A DNA stretch of 64,000 nt from Vicugna vicugna (lineage: Eukaryota), in the NCBI GenBank assembly GCA_013265495.1, contig MU061748.1:21405235-21469234 (forward strand). Direction: 5' to 3'. The notes beneath the pieces were generated by a model, which was not told where the DNA came from, did not search any database, and saw only the letters and a program-made list of their open reading frames with translations. Positions 1-13,560 of this stretch are shown here, piece by piece. Position 1 is the first letter of the stretch. Every line of letters starts with the position of its first letter. Both the position numbers and the translations under genes were made by a program.

Positions 1-342
1 CCAAATACATAAAGTGTTAGGAAATGTTCAACAAGTTCAATTATCTTGATTTAGAGATGACAAAAATTAAAATCCAACATTTGTTTAAATTCCTATAGAG
101 TTTGGAAGAAAGTGATAATGTTTGGGCAAGACTAACTTCTTTTTGCTCCTCACAATTTCACCACACATCACTTCTCCTTTGAGATATTACAGTTCTCACT
201 TGGCTGCTGTTCATCAAGATCCTCACCGCTAAGCAAAGTGAGTCAGAAAGCTCTCCCATCCTTGGACTTTCCTGTACGCAGGAATTGGACTTAAAGGCAA
301 CTCTTTCAGCACATTGTCAACATCAAAACACAAGGCTTAGAA

Positions 343-832
343 TGTTCACAGTAGCACTATTCACAATAGTCAAGACATGGAAGCATTCTAAATGTCCATG
401 AACAGATGATTGGATTAAGATGTGGTCTATATACAATGGAATACTATTCAACCATAAAAAAGAATGAGATAATGCCATTTGTAGCAACATGGATGGGCCT
501 AGAGATGATCATATTAAGTGAAGTAAATCAGAGAGAGAAAGACAAACACCATATAATATAACTTATATGTGGAATCTAAACAAATGATACCAATGAACTT
601 ACTTACAAAATAGAAAGACTCTCAGACATAGAAAACAAACATATGGTTGCCAAAGGGGAAAGGGGGTGGGAGGGATAAACTGGGAGTTTAGGATTTACAG
701 ATAAAAACTACTATATACAGAACAGATAAACAACAAGTTCCTACTGTATAGCACAGGAAACTATTTTTAATAACTTGTCATAACCTATAATGAAAAAGAA
801 TATGAGAAAGAATACATATATATTTTAAAAAA
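343..832 (+). mobile_element. 5'-truncated L1 3' end (laurasiatherian type)
   Basis: Typical L1 3' text (AATGTTCACAGTAGCACTATTCACAATAG...GCAACATGGATG...CTACTGTATAGCACAGG...TATAATGAAAAAGAATATG). Possible degenerate TSD: AGGCTTAGAA at 333-342 and AAGCTTAGAA at 839-848. Confidence 0.85.
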
Positions 833-1494
833 CCCACTAAGCTTAGAAATCACACACTCACACAAATGCTTATTTCAGGGCTCCTCACTGAACCCCAGCT
901 GCCTTACACAGCCCCACTATTCCTACCATGGGAGGAAAGCTAAACACTTAAGAGTTCTGGAATAATCTTTAAAATCAAAAGCAGAACAGAAAATAGCAGA
1001 GAAAAACAGAGAGATACAAAGGATTCCTAAGGGAAAATTCAGCCTTGAAAAATCAAACATGAAGGAAGCTATCTTCCTGCTTTGCCTTCCTCCTGTGTCA
1101 CTGCCCCACTCCAGGTCCCGCTCCAAAGCCAGCTCTCCAGTTGTATGACATCATGCTTTAAACAAGTATTTTGTGATTACAGGTCTGAAATCTGATTATT
1201 ATAATCATCATATTCACCATCATTAACATTTGCACAACATGACTTATTTTTGAAAGTGTATTACAAAATTCTTATAGCTAGAACATAAATGGCCTTTTGG
1301 AACAGTGCCTACTTGTAATTTCCTTCCACAAAATAATGCTCTTCTAAGCCAGAGCAAAAAACCCCACATATTTATTTGATTTAATGACTTGTATTCTTTG
1401 TAAAATAATAATCTTGGCAAGTAATTAACAAATAAATCAACTGATCAAAACATTAAAATATACAAAACCATAACACAGTCATATTTTAACAGTG

Positions 1495-2000
1495 CATTCA
1501 CACATTTATTAATTTATTCAACACCGTTACTAAACACTTCCTATGGGTCAAGTATTGTCCTAGGGATAGAAGAAAAAAAATACATGTTCCCTACTTTTAA
1601 GGATATTATAGGGTAGTAAAGAGAGACAGATCTGGGACCATATGCTCAAAGAACGGTAGGGTAATAAGTGGGTAGATGAGGCCATAGAGGAGAAAGGGAG
1701 CAGGTCAATCACAGATTTATGTGGGACACGATGTGTCAGGAAAAGCCTCAGGGAGGGGGTGACTCTGGAGCTGAAGTTTGAAAGATAAGTTGGCCCCGGG
1801 AGATAAAGGAGATGGGATACATGTTGGGGGTGGGGGTCAGGGTGGGAAGTTGATCTTCCAAGCAGATCAACTGAAGAACAATATACAGTTCTACGAAGTA
1901 CACTGGAAAACAACAAGCAAGCAGCTTGGCAAGGCTGGATTTCAGGGACTGAGGTCCAGTGACATCCAAGGCTTAGCTATTGCTGAGAAACATGTTCATT
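1495..2000 (-). mobile_element. L2 fragment
   Basis: CATTCA..TTTATT..CAACA tail followed by the purine-rich antisense L2 pattern. Boundaries approximate. Confidence 0.6.
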
Positions 2001-2089
2001 AATTAATTCATTAATTGTTCTTCATTGTTTCTGACACAGACCCTTTTCAGCATTTAAAGGTAACAACAACAAACAAAACTAATAACTGC

Positions 2090-2270
2090 AGTGTATGTAT
2101 TACTTACTATGGATCAGGTACTTTACATACATTTCTTATTTAATTTTATATTCACAATAACCACAGGAATAGGAATTATTTCTATCAGATAATGACGGCT
2201 AGGTAATTTGCCCCCATGCACACTATTAAGTGACAGAATGGGCGTCAGTTGCTAATTCAATGCCCAACCG
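2090..2270 (-). mobile_element. MIR
   Basis: Antisense MIR pattern (tacttactatg..caggtact..aggtaatttgccc..cacacta..agtgacaga). Confidence 0.65.
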
Positions 2271-3479
2271 ACTGTGCTCAGGTGACCCAGCTGCTCAGCA
2301 GGGGATTACGTTTCTTCAGTTAGCCCTGGGACACCACCGTTCTCCCCTATTTTTGTTGTTTTCCTTTCCTCCTTATCTTACGTGCCCTTCTTCTCAGCTC
2401 CTCTTTGTTCCCAGGAACTCTAAATGTTGGACTGTTCCTTGCTTAGCCCCAGATTTTTCTCCCTTTCATGAAGTTAAATACCAAATGTATCCTGACAATC
2501 AGTATGTGTTTATCTTTAATCCTGAGCTCCAACTGTGTGTCCAAGTGTTCACTCAAAACCACCTCTAGGACATTAAATGGGTATTTCAAACATAATAGAA
2601 CTTAAAGGAACTCTTCACTCTTTGTGTTTTATCCATTTAAAGAAATTTCCCAATGGAAAAAAATAAAGCTTAGCTTCCCTATGGCTAAAGAGCTTCTGCA
2701 GTGCTGCACGTATTCAGTCAGTATGCAGTACGAATCGCTAACCACCTCTCCCCCAGCCTTGTTTAGATATGCATGTTCCTGTATGTATGCTTTTATATGG
2801 GACCTAGGTTGCCTATCATGATGGGTAATCACTTTGCTAACCGTACTTACATAAGTGCAAACTTAATAAGCAATGGCTATATATAAATGTCAAAATAATC
2901 TTAAACTGGACATTGTAACATGTTTTATCTTTTTAAATGTTAAGAAAATTCATCTCCTGCTGCTGACAGTGGAAGACTATGCAGCTTGAACCAAGAGGAT
3001 AACTAGAAAAATGGAACAAAGTTTAAAAAATATATGCTCAAAGGCAGAGGAGAGACAAAAAGTCAATGAAGATTCAAGAAGGCAAGATGAGGAAGACCAG
3101 AGAGGTGAGCCTAAAATTTGGAGCCTCTTTCTGGAATGAGGGGCAACGCCAATTCCAAAAGAAGTAAAGGAAAGCCTAAGAAGCTTCAAGAAGCTTGAGG
3201 GACAAAAAAAATCGAGCCTAGTGCCTACCAAGGTAGAGCGGAGGGTAATAAACCCTACACAATTTGCGTGGTGACCCAAAGGACTGCACAGTAGGAGCAA
3301 GTGTGAACCAGACTTAATACAGTTCTCAATGGCCTGAAGCACGACTTCAGATCATCTCAGTCTTTGAAAAGTGAACTAAAGGTGATGGAGGATTGCTGGG
3401 CCCCAGCTGCCTTCCAGAAGCAAAAGTAAGTTCTCTCTGTAGAAAGTTAACATCATCATCCTAGGCCTCAAAAAAATTT

Positions 3480-4300
3480 TTTTGTAACTGTTAAAAAAAA
3501 TCCAATAGCTGTTATCAATGAAAAATTAACAGATACACAAAGAGACAATATAACATGAAAACAAAATTAAAACAAAAAACCAAGAAGGAAAAACAGATTA
3601 TAGAACCAGATCCACACAAGCTCCAGTGGTATGAAACAGACTTAAAAATAACTGTGCATACAAATTCAAGGAGCTACAAGATAAAAATCAAAGTTTTGTC
3701 AGAGAACTAGAAACCATAAAAGGAACTAAATGGAATTCCAGATATGACAAAATATAGTAACCAAAGCTAAGAATTCACTGGATAGGTTCAAAAGCAGACT
3801 AGACACAGCTAAAGAGAGAATTAGAAGTTAGATCAGAAGAAAACTGATAACAGAAAATTCTTAAAAGAAGGTTAGAAACAAAGAATCAGTAAAAATATCT
3901 TCTAAAGTATGTGTAACTGAAATTCCAGAAAGAGAGAAGGAAAGAAATAGGACAGAAGCAATATTTTTAGAGATAGTGGCTCAGAATTTTCCAAAACCAA
4001 CCGATGGTGTTAAGCATATATTTGAGAAGTCCGGTAAGTCCCACAGGGGATAAAGGAAAAGAAAACTATATAAGGGCACCTCATTATAAAAGGCTAAGGA
4101 CTCAAGATAGAGACATTTTTCACAGTAGTCTGAGCAAAACAGATCACCCTTTAAAGAACTAGACTAGAACAATCTAATATAAACAACAGAAACTAGAAGA
4201 TAGTTCAGGAAACAGCTATTTTGACTTCTATTTCTAGAGAAAATATCCTTCAGAAAGAAGGTAAAATGACATTTTCAGAGAACAAACACAAATACACAGA
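3480..4300 (+). mobile_element. Ancient L1 ORF1-region remnant
   Basis: Degenerate A-rich ORF1-like text (agcagactagacacagctaaagagagaattag; actgaaattccagaaaagagag) with many stops. Confidence 0.6.
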
Positions 4301-5462
4301 GTAATTTTTTTACATTTCAGTTGAGTTAAACAATCATATTTATTGATCTCAACTTAAGGGCTATGCAAGGTAATTACTCAGCAAAGCCAAAGGTATTGCC
4401 TTTTCTAAAAAAGTTCTGCTTTCAAGATACTGAAGATAAATATTGTTTATAAACAATTCAAGTCAATTTAGAAACTGTAGGGAGGTACAAGAGCTAAGAG
4501 AAAGAGGAAAGAGCAATATTCATCAACTTATAAAGTATGTGAATTTCATCAAATGAAATTAGTATAATTTATCGATGTCAAAGTTATTTTTATTGCCTTA
4601 GAAAGTTTTTATTTGAACTAACTTTGTAAGTGCTTTTAAAGTACAAAGTTTATCACTTTTACATCTGATGCATTTTATTACACATACACAAATTGTTAGT
4701 GGTAAGAGCCTATAAAAGATGATTCTAAAGCAGCTGAATGCTCTGAATAGTCTGAGTGTGATTTCATTTTCTTGAGGGCAAGAAATATTTCCTAACTATC
4801 TTTATAACTCTGATAGCACGCCCAGCATACAACTTTGCACATACAGGCTGCTCCAAATAACCTACTTAATAAACAAAATTCAGAAAGTCAAGATAGACAA
4901 GATGTGGTACCAGATCAATTTCGAAGGAGAAGAAAATTATTCTCATTTCAGCGTGAGAATTGGCATACTTAACAATTGAAGTCCTTTCATCTTTAAATAG
5001 AAACTACTCTGATGAAACTGACTTTAGAGTATCATTTTCACCTTTCATATATATTTAAGTAAAACTAGACATAAGATGAAAGAAAGCTCCTTTGAAATTC
5101 AGCACAGGTTTCCCATAGATTTAGATTATAACATAGAACTACTCTCCAAATATATGACTGACCTGTTTTTAAGAATGTTCTCTATTTATCAGCATCCCAG
5201 TTTTGTGTGTGCTCTGGGAAGCACAGAGAAAATAGAGGCCATAGCTACAGCAAAGATTCAGTAAGGAGGTATATTATCTGCATGATGTCAAGAAAACCTG
5301 GAAGACAATCATGATGGTAAAGAGAGTCTTCAACTGTTAGGACATTCTATAATTCATGGTATATTTTGACTTGGGGGAAATAAAGAACAAAGGAATGAGC
5401 AGAAAAATGAACAATCATAGATATATAAACTGTCGAATCTGGATAAATAGGAAAAAGCATGT

Positions 5463-5466
<4 letters not shown>

Positions 5467-5496
<30 letters not shown>
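5467..5496 (+). repeat. Pure A30 mononucleotide run
   Basis: 30 consecutive A, counted directly. Confidence 0.95.
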
Positions 5497-5500
<4 letters not shown>

Positions 5501-8500
5501 AGGACTGGTGATTTGGCAAGCTCTTTTTTCTCCATACAGAAAAAGGTTATGCTTCTCTGGCTTTTGATAAGAATAAACAACACAGCTGGGTCAATTTTAA
5601 AAAGGAGTAAGACAGGATTTTAAAAATCAAGAAAGCTGCAAGAAGTCGCATTCAATAGTTTATTTTGAAAAAATACTGCTGACCCCAAAAGAATGGCATG
5701 AGAAGCCAATCTTCTGTGTAAATCCCTAACATATTGCTGGTTGGTAAGTAACTATGAAATAATCTTCCTTCTAAAATGCACACATCATTTAGATTTATTA
5801 ATTACAGCTACTGAGGGATTTGTTTTTTTGAGCCATCTCAATGCAAGTGTTCATGCCAAGGTATCATTCCATTCTTGCATTAACACAAGGGATCAAATAA
5901 ATGGAATTCCCCAGACCCCATCCATGTCTCAAAAAGTCACTGACTGCTGGAAAACAGAAATTTATTCTCTCCTGGAAATGAATCAGAAGGCAGACCATCA
6001 TTCGGTAGCCAGCTATGATTCAGCAGAGATTTGTATAAAAAGTATAAAGTTCAAAACGACCCAAAAAGGGTTTGGAAGTAGTGGACTGTTTTTACTCTTT
6101 CTGGAATCACTGTTGACAGCATCTATGAACTTCTGACTGTGTGTAACTGAAGAACACACCAGGATGACAAAGTAGTGACTTTTAAAGAGCAGCCAACAAC
6201 AAGCACTTAGCGACCCTTTCAGCAAATACAGGTAGGAAAAATGCAAACGTATGATAATAGGTTTATATGGCCAATGATGTGATTAAATGAAGAACAGGGC
6301 ATGAAGATGGGCAGTGACTATTTAAACAGTTTCTCAGAAGAGATAATCGAATGTATTTACAGAAAATGTAACACTTCTTTTCTGTCTCATAAGATTGCTG
6401 TTCATAATTTGTCTTCACTAAGCAATGGTTACATAAAAAGCAAATCATTTACAAACTCAGTATTTTTTTTCTGCATTTGATGAGATATTAGATTAAGCAA
6501 TTTAAATAGGAAGAAAGCATCCATGCAGATGCACAGAACTAACATGGAAGTTAGTGTTTGAAATTTCATGTGTCTTCAAATGAGCTATCATCTTTAAGGT
6601 ACTTCGAGATCTGTAATCTTTTGCACTCACTTTTATACTACTAAACATCTCTCAACAATGAAAATCAGTATTGTTAATTAGTTTACTATGTAATAAAAAC
6701 TGCAGTAGAGCAATCTGCACCTATCACAGCTATCAAAACTAAAAATTCGTGGAAGTTCAGAGGGAACTGCCTTGTTTTGAGCTCAGCTTGCCAACGTAAT
6801 GCTGCTTCTCTCTAAAAAGGGAAAGTGTCAGAGAGAAGATGGGAAGACTGAAAAGTACAAAAAAGATTTAATTGAAATATATGCTTTTCATTTTTCTCAA
6901 CGTTCTTGTAATATTTATAAGGGCATTTCGCTTTTGTAAAACTTTAAGAATGTTTTTAGTGTCTACAAGATGTACAACTCAAGGACCCTGAGGCTTTCAG
7001 AAGGAGCCTTAACAGATGGGCCAGGTCAGGTACTAGTCTTTATTACCTATGATTTCCTTCTTAATGCCTCTGAACTGAAGTGTGCCTTTCCTCTCTCCAC
7101 CCATTTTCACCATTTCAACAATCTAATTCAGTTTGACTTTTTTGTTTTGTTTTGTTAAAAAATGGGGATAAGGGGAGGATAGCGAGATACCCTCTCTTGC
7201 GGTTCCATATGCTTTTTTTGTTGTGGTCTATTGAAAAGAGTAACTTTAAAAAAACCTTGCAATTTCACATACACTTGATCTCACTTTAGAGTCAGATCTT
7301 TTCAATAATTCATGTTAATATTTTTTGAATTTGAAAAATTATTTAGTTTTAAGACTTCCACACTGGTTTCTGGCAGACAGCTTTTTCAACCTAGTTTCAA
7401 CACTTTGAACCTGTCGCCACAGTCGATTTCCACTGTCTGGGCTTCCAAGGCAGCAGCGGCCAAAGGAGTGACATGAGATGCTGTCTGTCTAGAGTTCCCC
7501 TAAACAAGTCACACTAACAACTGACTGGTCCTACACAATCTGACCTTTTTACAGGAACTTAGAACACTGCAATTAATTCGAGAGATGGGATGAGGGGATC
7601 CTCATTCTTAGATCAAATTAATCAAGAAAACATGAGACAAAGGGAAAAGGGGCAAAGTATCTGGGATACAAATAAGTTTCATCCTTTTTTGCCCCATCCA
7701 CACCCTAAATAATCCAGGTAATTGCAACCCAAGGTTAATCTCCTCCCTTCCCTGTCTTATTTCGAGGGGGAAGTGGTGTTATGGAGTGAGTACACTTAGG
7801 CAAAGAGGGAAAAAAATGAGACAGAGTGAACAAGGTATAAGGAAAAAAGATGTGGTGACCTTTCTTCCCAGGGAGTAAATGGCTCCTCAGTGGACCAGGG
7901 GCTAGCTGCACAGACTGTGGTCCTGAGGTCACAAGGAATTGTGCTGTGATGGGAGAGTAGGGCAGGGCGGGGAGAGGAATGGAAGCACAAAGTTACTGTC
8001 ATCGCATCTCTGTATCCACAGTTATCTTTGACAACATTTTCAAATGTAATTCTTATTCAAGATATACTGCATTTTAAAAGTAAATATTATGAAAGGGTCA
8101 TAAGACTATCTTCAGTGTCATCCCACCTGACTTCTCTCTCCTGCCTCTACTGGATCAAATTCCTTTCTCAAGCAACGTAAAATACTGCCACCTCCAGGAA
8201 GGCTTCCTATGCCTGCTCATCCCGATTAGGAAATGATGATCTCCCCCTCCCTTACTGTACCCGTATCTTCTTTATGACAGGTTCCTTTCTGCTTTATATT
8301 AAACATAGCATGATAATCCTTTAATAGACAGACTATAAGCCAATTTTAATACTTTGGGATTAAAAAGCAGACCACACAATACTTCTTTTCAAACCCCCAA
8401 GTCAAAGCTCATTAATTCTGTCAGAAACTTAGATGGACAGGGACCAAGGGGAACCCTACAGAAATAAATGTTAAACAGGAAAACAAGAGGCAAATAGGAA

Positions 8501-8759
8501 ATATTCTTTACTTTACTTATTCCTCCCCAAAATGAAGGGTGATGTGGAACAAGAGGCCAGTAATATTTTTTTCAAAATAAACAAGTATTATTGATCTTAA
8601 TGTAACTTCAAGATTTTTAGTCAATGGTATAATCAGAAGAGCATATTGGCCATTACCAAGAGATTTCATTACAGGAGACAGTTCATTAATAAACTTGACT
8701 TAAGTCGATATAATTTTTTCTAGCCTATTCTGAACCCTACATGCCTTTTGGTAACTGCT

Positions 8760-9180
8760 TATTTTGGTTTCTAGCATATTCATTCTTCCAGTGTTTTTTT
8801 AAACAAATACTTACTTATCCACCTTCCACTCCTGTTTATACAAAAGATAGCATAAAATGTATACAACTCTGTATCTTGCTTTAAAAAAAAAACTTAATAT
8901 ATTCTGGAAGTCTTTCCATTTCAGTGTATGCAGAGCATCTTCCCAATTTCCTTCCTTCCTTCCTTCTCTCTCATTTTTAAGGAGAAGCATATTATTTAAC
9001 TGTGTGGCTGCACTGTAGCTTACTTAACTAACCCCGTTTAGAGGGCACACGCCTTGCTTCCAATCTTTTGGTTTTATGACCAATGTTGTAATGGATAAAC
9101 TCATTCATACATCCTTTCCCACTGATATGCAGAATACTGATAGGTGAATATATTTGTAATTTTTGATCGACTGATTTTAA
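8760..9180 (-). mobile_element. Old L1 (L1ME-like) fragment
   Basis: Antisense L1 ORF2/3' pattern (atattctggaagtctttccatt..cttgcttccaatcttttgg..aatgttgtaatg). Approximate. Confidence 0.55.
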
Positions 9181-10963
9181 ATTGTTTGCTTTAGCCTTGT
9201 AAAGGACATGTTCAAACCGCTTAAATTGTGTTTAATGTATTATACTATTTAGTCCCCAGATATGGTCTTGGGCAAAGGTTGGTTTACTGTGGTCCTTTCG
9301 ATCACCTAGCAAGGTGTTTGTGCTGATAAGTGAGAAGAACTATAAAATGAAAACTAGCACATAAAGTGCTAAATGAAATCAGTATTCAAGTAAAAAAGAC
9401 TGTTAACTTTCTGAGACTGTCCCAGACTCATGGAGCAGTCTGGGGAAGTCAGGAAACTGCGTAAGACAGAACCATCATCACAACTGTATGTGTCCCATTG
9501 CACTGAAGCTTATATGTTAAATATCTGTACCCTTAACTAATCCAAATGGAGAAACATTTCAATGACATATTGCATTCAGTTGGCTACCTATAAAGTCTAC
9601 ATATCCCCTCCTGTGAAAATGTAGTTCTATGCTATTATAACAGCCTCCTTTCAAATCTGCACAGGGAGTAAAAACAAAATGGATAAGGGACAATGCGATT
9701 GTAAGGTTTCTTTAAAAAAAAAAAAATCCTGAATGATATTTTCTATTTTTATATCATGAAGAAATATTGTATTATATTCTCAAAACAATTCACTATTTTT
9801 CCTCAGGTACAGGACATTATAGCCAAATCAAGAAATGTAATAAGATGCCTGTGCTAAGAACTATCTCTTAATTATTAATCCTGAGGCATAAGCAGTCAAA
9901 CCCTGCTTTGTTTTCAGTTTGATGGGCAAAAAAAAAAAACAAACCAGAACAAATAAGGAATTATTTAATTCCGTCATCTAAAGCATCCAAATACTTCTCA
10001 GGGAGGCTCTCTGCCTTTCATAATTAAATTAACCTGTAAGTTTACCAAATAAACACCATGAACAGGGTACTTTCAGTTATAACACTACCTCACTGTCCTA
10101 ATGTTTTTTAAAAAAGCAAATACAAAGTTTTGTGTATTTTTTTTAATCAGCATTTTGCTGGAAGACTTAAAATAAGGTTGACAGAAAAATTCCAAAACAT
10201 CAGTCAGATGACCTGTAGCAAGGAGTACGACACATACGGGTGAACCTGCTGTCAGAGGTCAGGGAAGAACACAGGTCATAAGTATGCCTCCTCTGCATGA
10301 AACTGCATTACCGTGGACGGTGTCAGGATATCGGGATGGGAAGAGATTCAAGGACTCGGTGACAGCAACTTAATTTAGCAAAAAAAACCCAGCATTTCAG
10401 ATATTTTGATGTTTTGTTAAAACAATAAATATATTTACCAACTATTTAAAATTTTTCACATATTTTAAATGTTAACGCTACCACTAGGTGACCAAAAATA
10501 AAATCACTAGAGTATTATATTAATGCTATTCCAAGGGTGAAAATACATTGCAAATCAATGTTGATCTGAGACCTACATTTTAACATCTTTTTGGTCAGTC
10601 ACTTCAACTAGCACGTAACCAAAATAAACCTAGAAATATTCTCTTTAGATATGTATTGTACGTCCTAATTTCAAAGCTTCACCCTACCCTGTCTGTGTGC
10701 AGCATATACAACTTTACACTGAAATGGGACTTGGAAACTCTTTTTTGCATTTACTAAGACCTACTGTTACCCTGAAGGTTACTCTGCCAAACTGGATCTC
10801 TGTTTGGCAAACAGAGTTCCACAGAGAATGTGAAGAAATAATCCTGTCAAGGTCGAACTTTTAGCTTACAGAGGCTTAACAGCCCAAGTGACAGGAACTA
10901 TTCAGGCCACTCACTGCATGAAAGAGGTAAGAAACAAAAATTGCTAAAACAATAAGAAACTCA

Positions 10964-11042
10964 TTAGGTTGAACTACATGAAATGCTGATATTTGACTAT
11001 TTTTGATACACAAAATCAATAATTTTATGTAGTTCAACTTAA
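10964..11042. mobile_element. MADE2-like mariner MITE (~80-bp palindrome)
   Basis: 21-bp inverted arms at 10964-10984 and 11022-11042 with 2 mismatches. TA follows the right end. Confidence 0.8.
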
Positions 11043-12049
11043 TATAGTCCTGAACCTTGACCCAAAATAGAGGCGCTTATGATCACAACTTGGTTCAAGG
11101 AGACTTAAAAGTGGAACAAAACGTTTTACAACTTGAAATGTGAATGAAGAAATGCAGTATTATCTTTTTGTTTCATTTTGAATTCTAGTTGAACAGGTCT
11201 CTACAAAACACTGCGTGACAATAGATATTATTTTTCTAAGAGTTAAATTCACCCTCAAGGTGTTTGTGAAACTTTTAGAGCTGAAGTTTGTGGATATATT
11301 GTGCAAGAATATGATTTTAAAATATACTGACCTTTTATATCTCTTATCAAAATGTAACTTGTCTCATAAATTAAAGCTAAAATCATAATCATACCAGGCC
11401 ATAATTTTTACAAGTTTTAAAGAGACAATTCTTAATTCCAACTACTTCAACTATTCAAACATTAAGTTAGTATACACTGTATGTATGTATGTGTGCAAAT
11501 GTGAAAATGCATATATATATTCACATATCCGACACATTTTGTTAAATGTTACATATCAGCCTATTTCAAAAGGTTAAGATTTTACTCCTTTTCCGAAAGC
11601 AATGTAATTCAGCCATCTAGTGGTAAAGTATAAGGCTATCATCTCTCTGTATTTTATGATGCTATGAAAATAAGACCAGCAGTATGGAGGGGGACTGCAG
11701 GTTACTTAGATTTGCTGTTTCTTTCCTCTGGCAAGATCACATAGCCTGATCAAGAAGTCAGAAGCACTTTTTTGGTGGATCTTTAAAAAGTTATGTTTAA
11801 ATATTAACATAGCAAAGCATTAATTTTTATTTTTTATTATACTGTAATGAGCCACATAATTAAAAAACATTCTACCAAAAATTCTATTCCCTTGGCAAAT
11901 AAGTAGATTTGGCCCTAAACTTGTTGATACAAATCTTAAGGCTATAGGAAGTTATAGGTGAAGTTATCTAGTAGGAAAGGCCCTACACGCGTAAGCCTGT
12001 AAGAAGCAACGTAGTAAGTGCTACCATAAGGCTCTGGGGGAGCAGACGG

Positions 12050-13560
12050 AGAGAAACGCTTTTCAACTTAACCACAGTTTCTTCAAAGAGATGTTACCTG
12101 AGCTAAATTTTGGAGGATGAAAAAGGGAATTTACCATATGGGTTGGGGGATTCAGACAATGTGTATTAAGATGAAGGAAAAAGAACACGGCACATTACAG
12201 GAATGTCAAGTAGTCTGCTGTGGTTATAACACAGTTTACACGTGGAGACGTGGAGACACAGCCAGGGGAGGGGTGGGACGTGGGAGTGGTGGTTATGACA
12301 AGCTGTGACAGAAGTCCTTTTCTTCACCTTCTGTGCTCTGTGTCCTCTCTCATGTCTTCAATGTCCACCTACAGATGGGTTCCTTCCAAGTCCATTATCT
12401 CCATACCAGATCTATCTCTGGAACTCCATACGCATACAAGTCAAACAAATAACTGAAGTCTGACACTTCCAACTCTACATGTTCAAAGATATAACGATCA
12501 TTTCTGAAAGTCCTGCTTATTTTCTCATACTCCAAATCTTAATGAAGGGAGCCACAGACCTTCGAGCGACCAAACCTAAAACCTCCAACTCGCTCCTTCA
12601 GCCTCACCATCCCAGTCAATGGGATGTAAGATCCCACAGATTCCAGCTCCTTACTGTAGTTTGTAATACCTCATTTCTGTATCTCCTCTAAGACTCCTGA
12701 GTTTTGTTTCATAACATCTTTTATCAAGATGAGTATAACAGTCTTCTGATTCCTAACTCCCTGTATCTAGTACGTTTCCAATAGGATGTTGGAAATATGA
12801 GTCTGAAGAAGAGGACAGATACCTTATGTAGATAACAGAAAAGGGAGAAATATGCATGTAAGCAAGTGGTGAAGTTATCATAATGTATGTGACCATCCAG
12901 GTATCCCCTGCAGTATAAAGAAGGTTAAACACAGATTCTTTAGGAGTCCCAAGATTCATGTGATGAGGGAAAATGGGAAAAAGTCAAGGAAAAAAAAAGA
13001 AAAAAGAACAAAGTCAGAGTAGATGGGGGGAACCAGGGAGAGAGGTAATAAGAAAGCCAAGAGAAGAGAGGGTTTCAAAAAGAGTGATTTATAAAAAGTT
13101 AGATGTTTAGAGGAATGATAATAGGTCTGCTGAAAGTAGAGCACTGAACTCAGCAAGTGGGACCTTCTGGTTGACCTTATCAAGAATAAGGGAATGGTAC
13201 CAAGAACTGTATGTGTTGTAAAAGGAAACAGGAACATACGGAACAATTATCCAAGAAGCATGGCTGTGAAAGGAGAAAAGAGAAGGAACTGTAGGTTGTA
13301 GGAAGGTTTATCTCTTTATTTCACAGCATTCAAAGTCTTCAGTATGTTAAGGAGCTTTTTAAAACTACGGTGAAGACAGAACAAAGAAGAAATGGCAGAA
13401 TAAAAGTGCCATGTGAGATAGAGGTGGGTGAAGCCAGTATACAGGAGTCGCACCGCCCTGGAGAAAAAGCAAAGCGTCTCATCCTGTGACACAGTAGTGT
13501 GGACAATTACCATCATAGAAGAAATAAAAGGTAGAGAAGAGAGGAGCTGAAAAAGTTGTT
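12050..13560. mobile_element. Cluster of L2 fragments in both orientations
   Basis: L2-type segments at about 12050-12300 (-), 12320-12700 (+) and 12770-13560 (-). Approximate. Confidence 0.55.

Noticed and set aside
5461-5496. GTAAGT donor-like word directly before A30, as a possible upstream COL10A1 exon end or poly(A)-only insertion
   Set aside because: No TSD, no identifiable exon or promoter upstream, and GTAAGT occurs by chance at this scale.
9421-9444. 8-bp inverted repeat CCCAGACT/AGTCTGGG with an 8-nt loop
   Set aside because: Short enough to arise by chance, with no supporting context.
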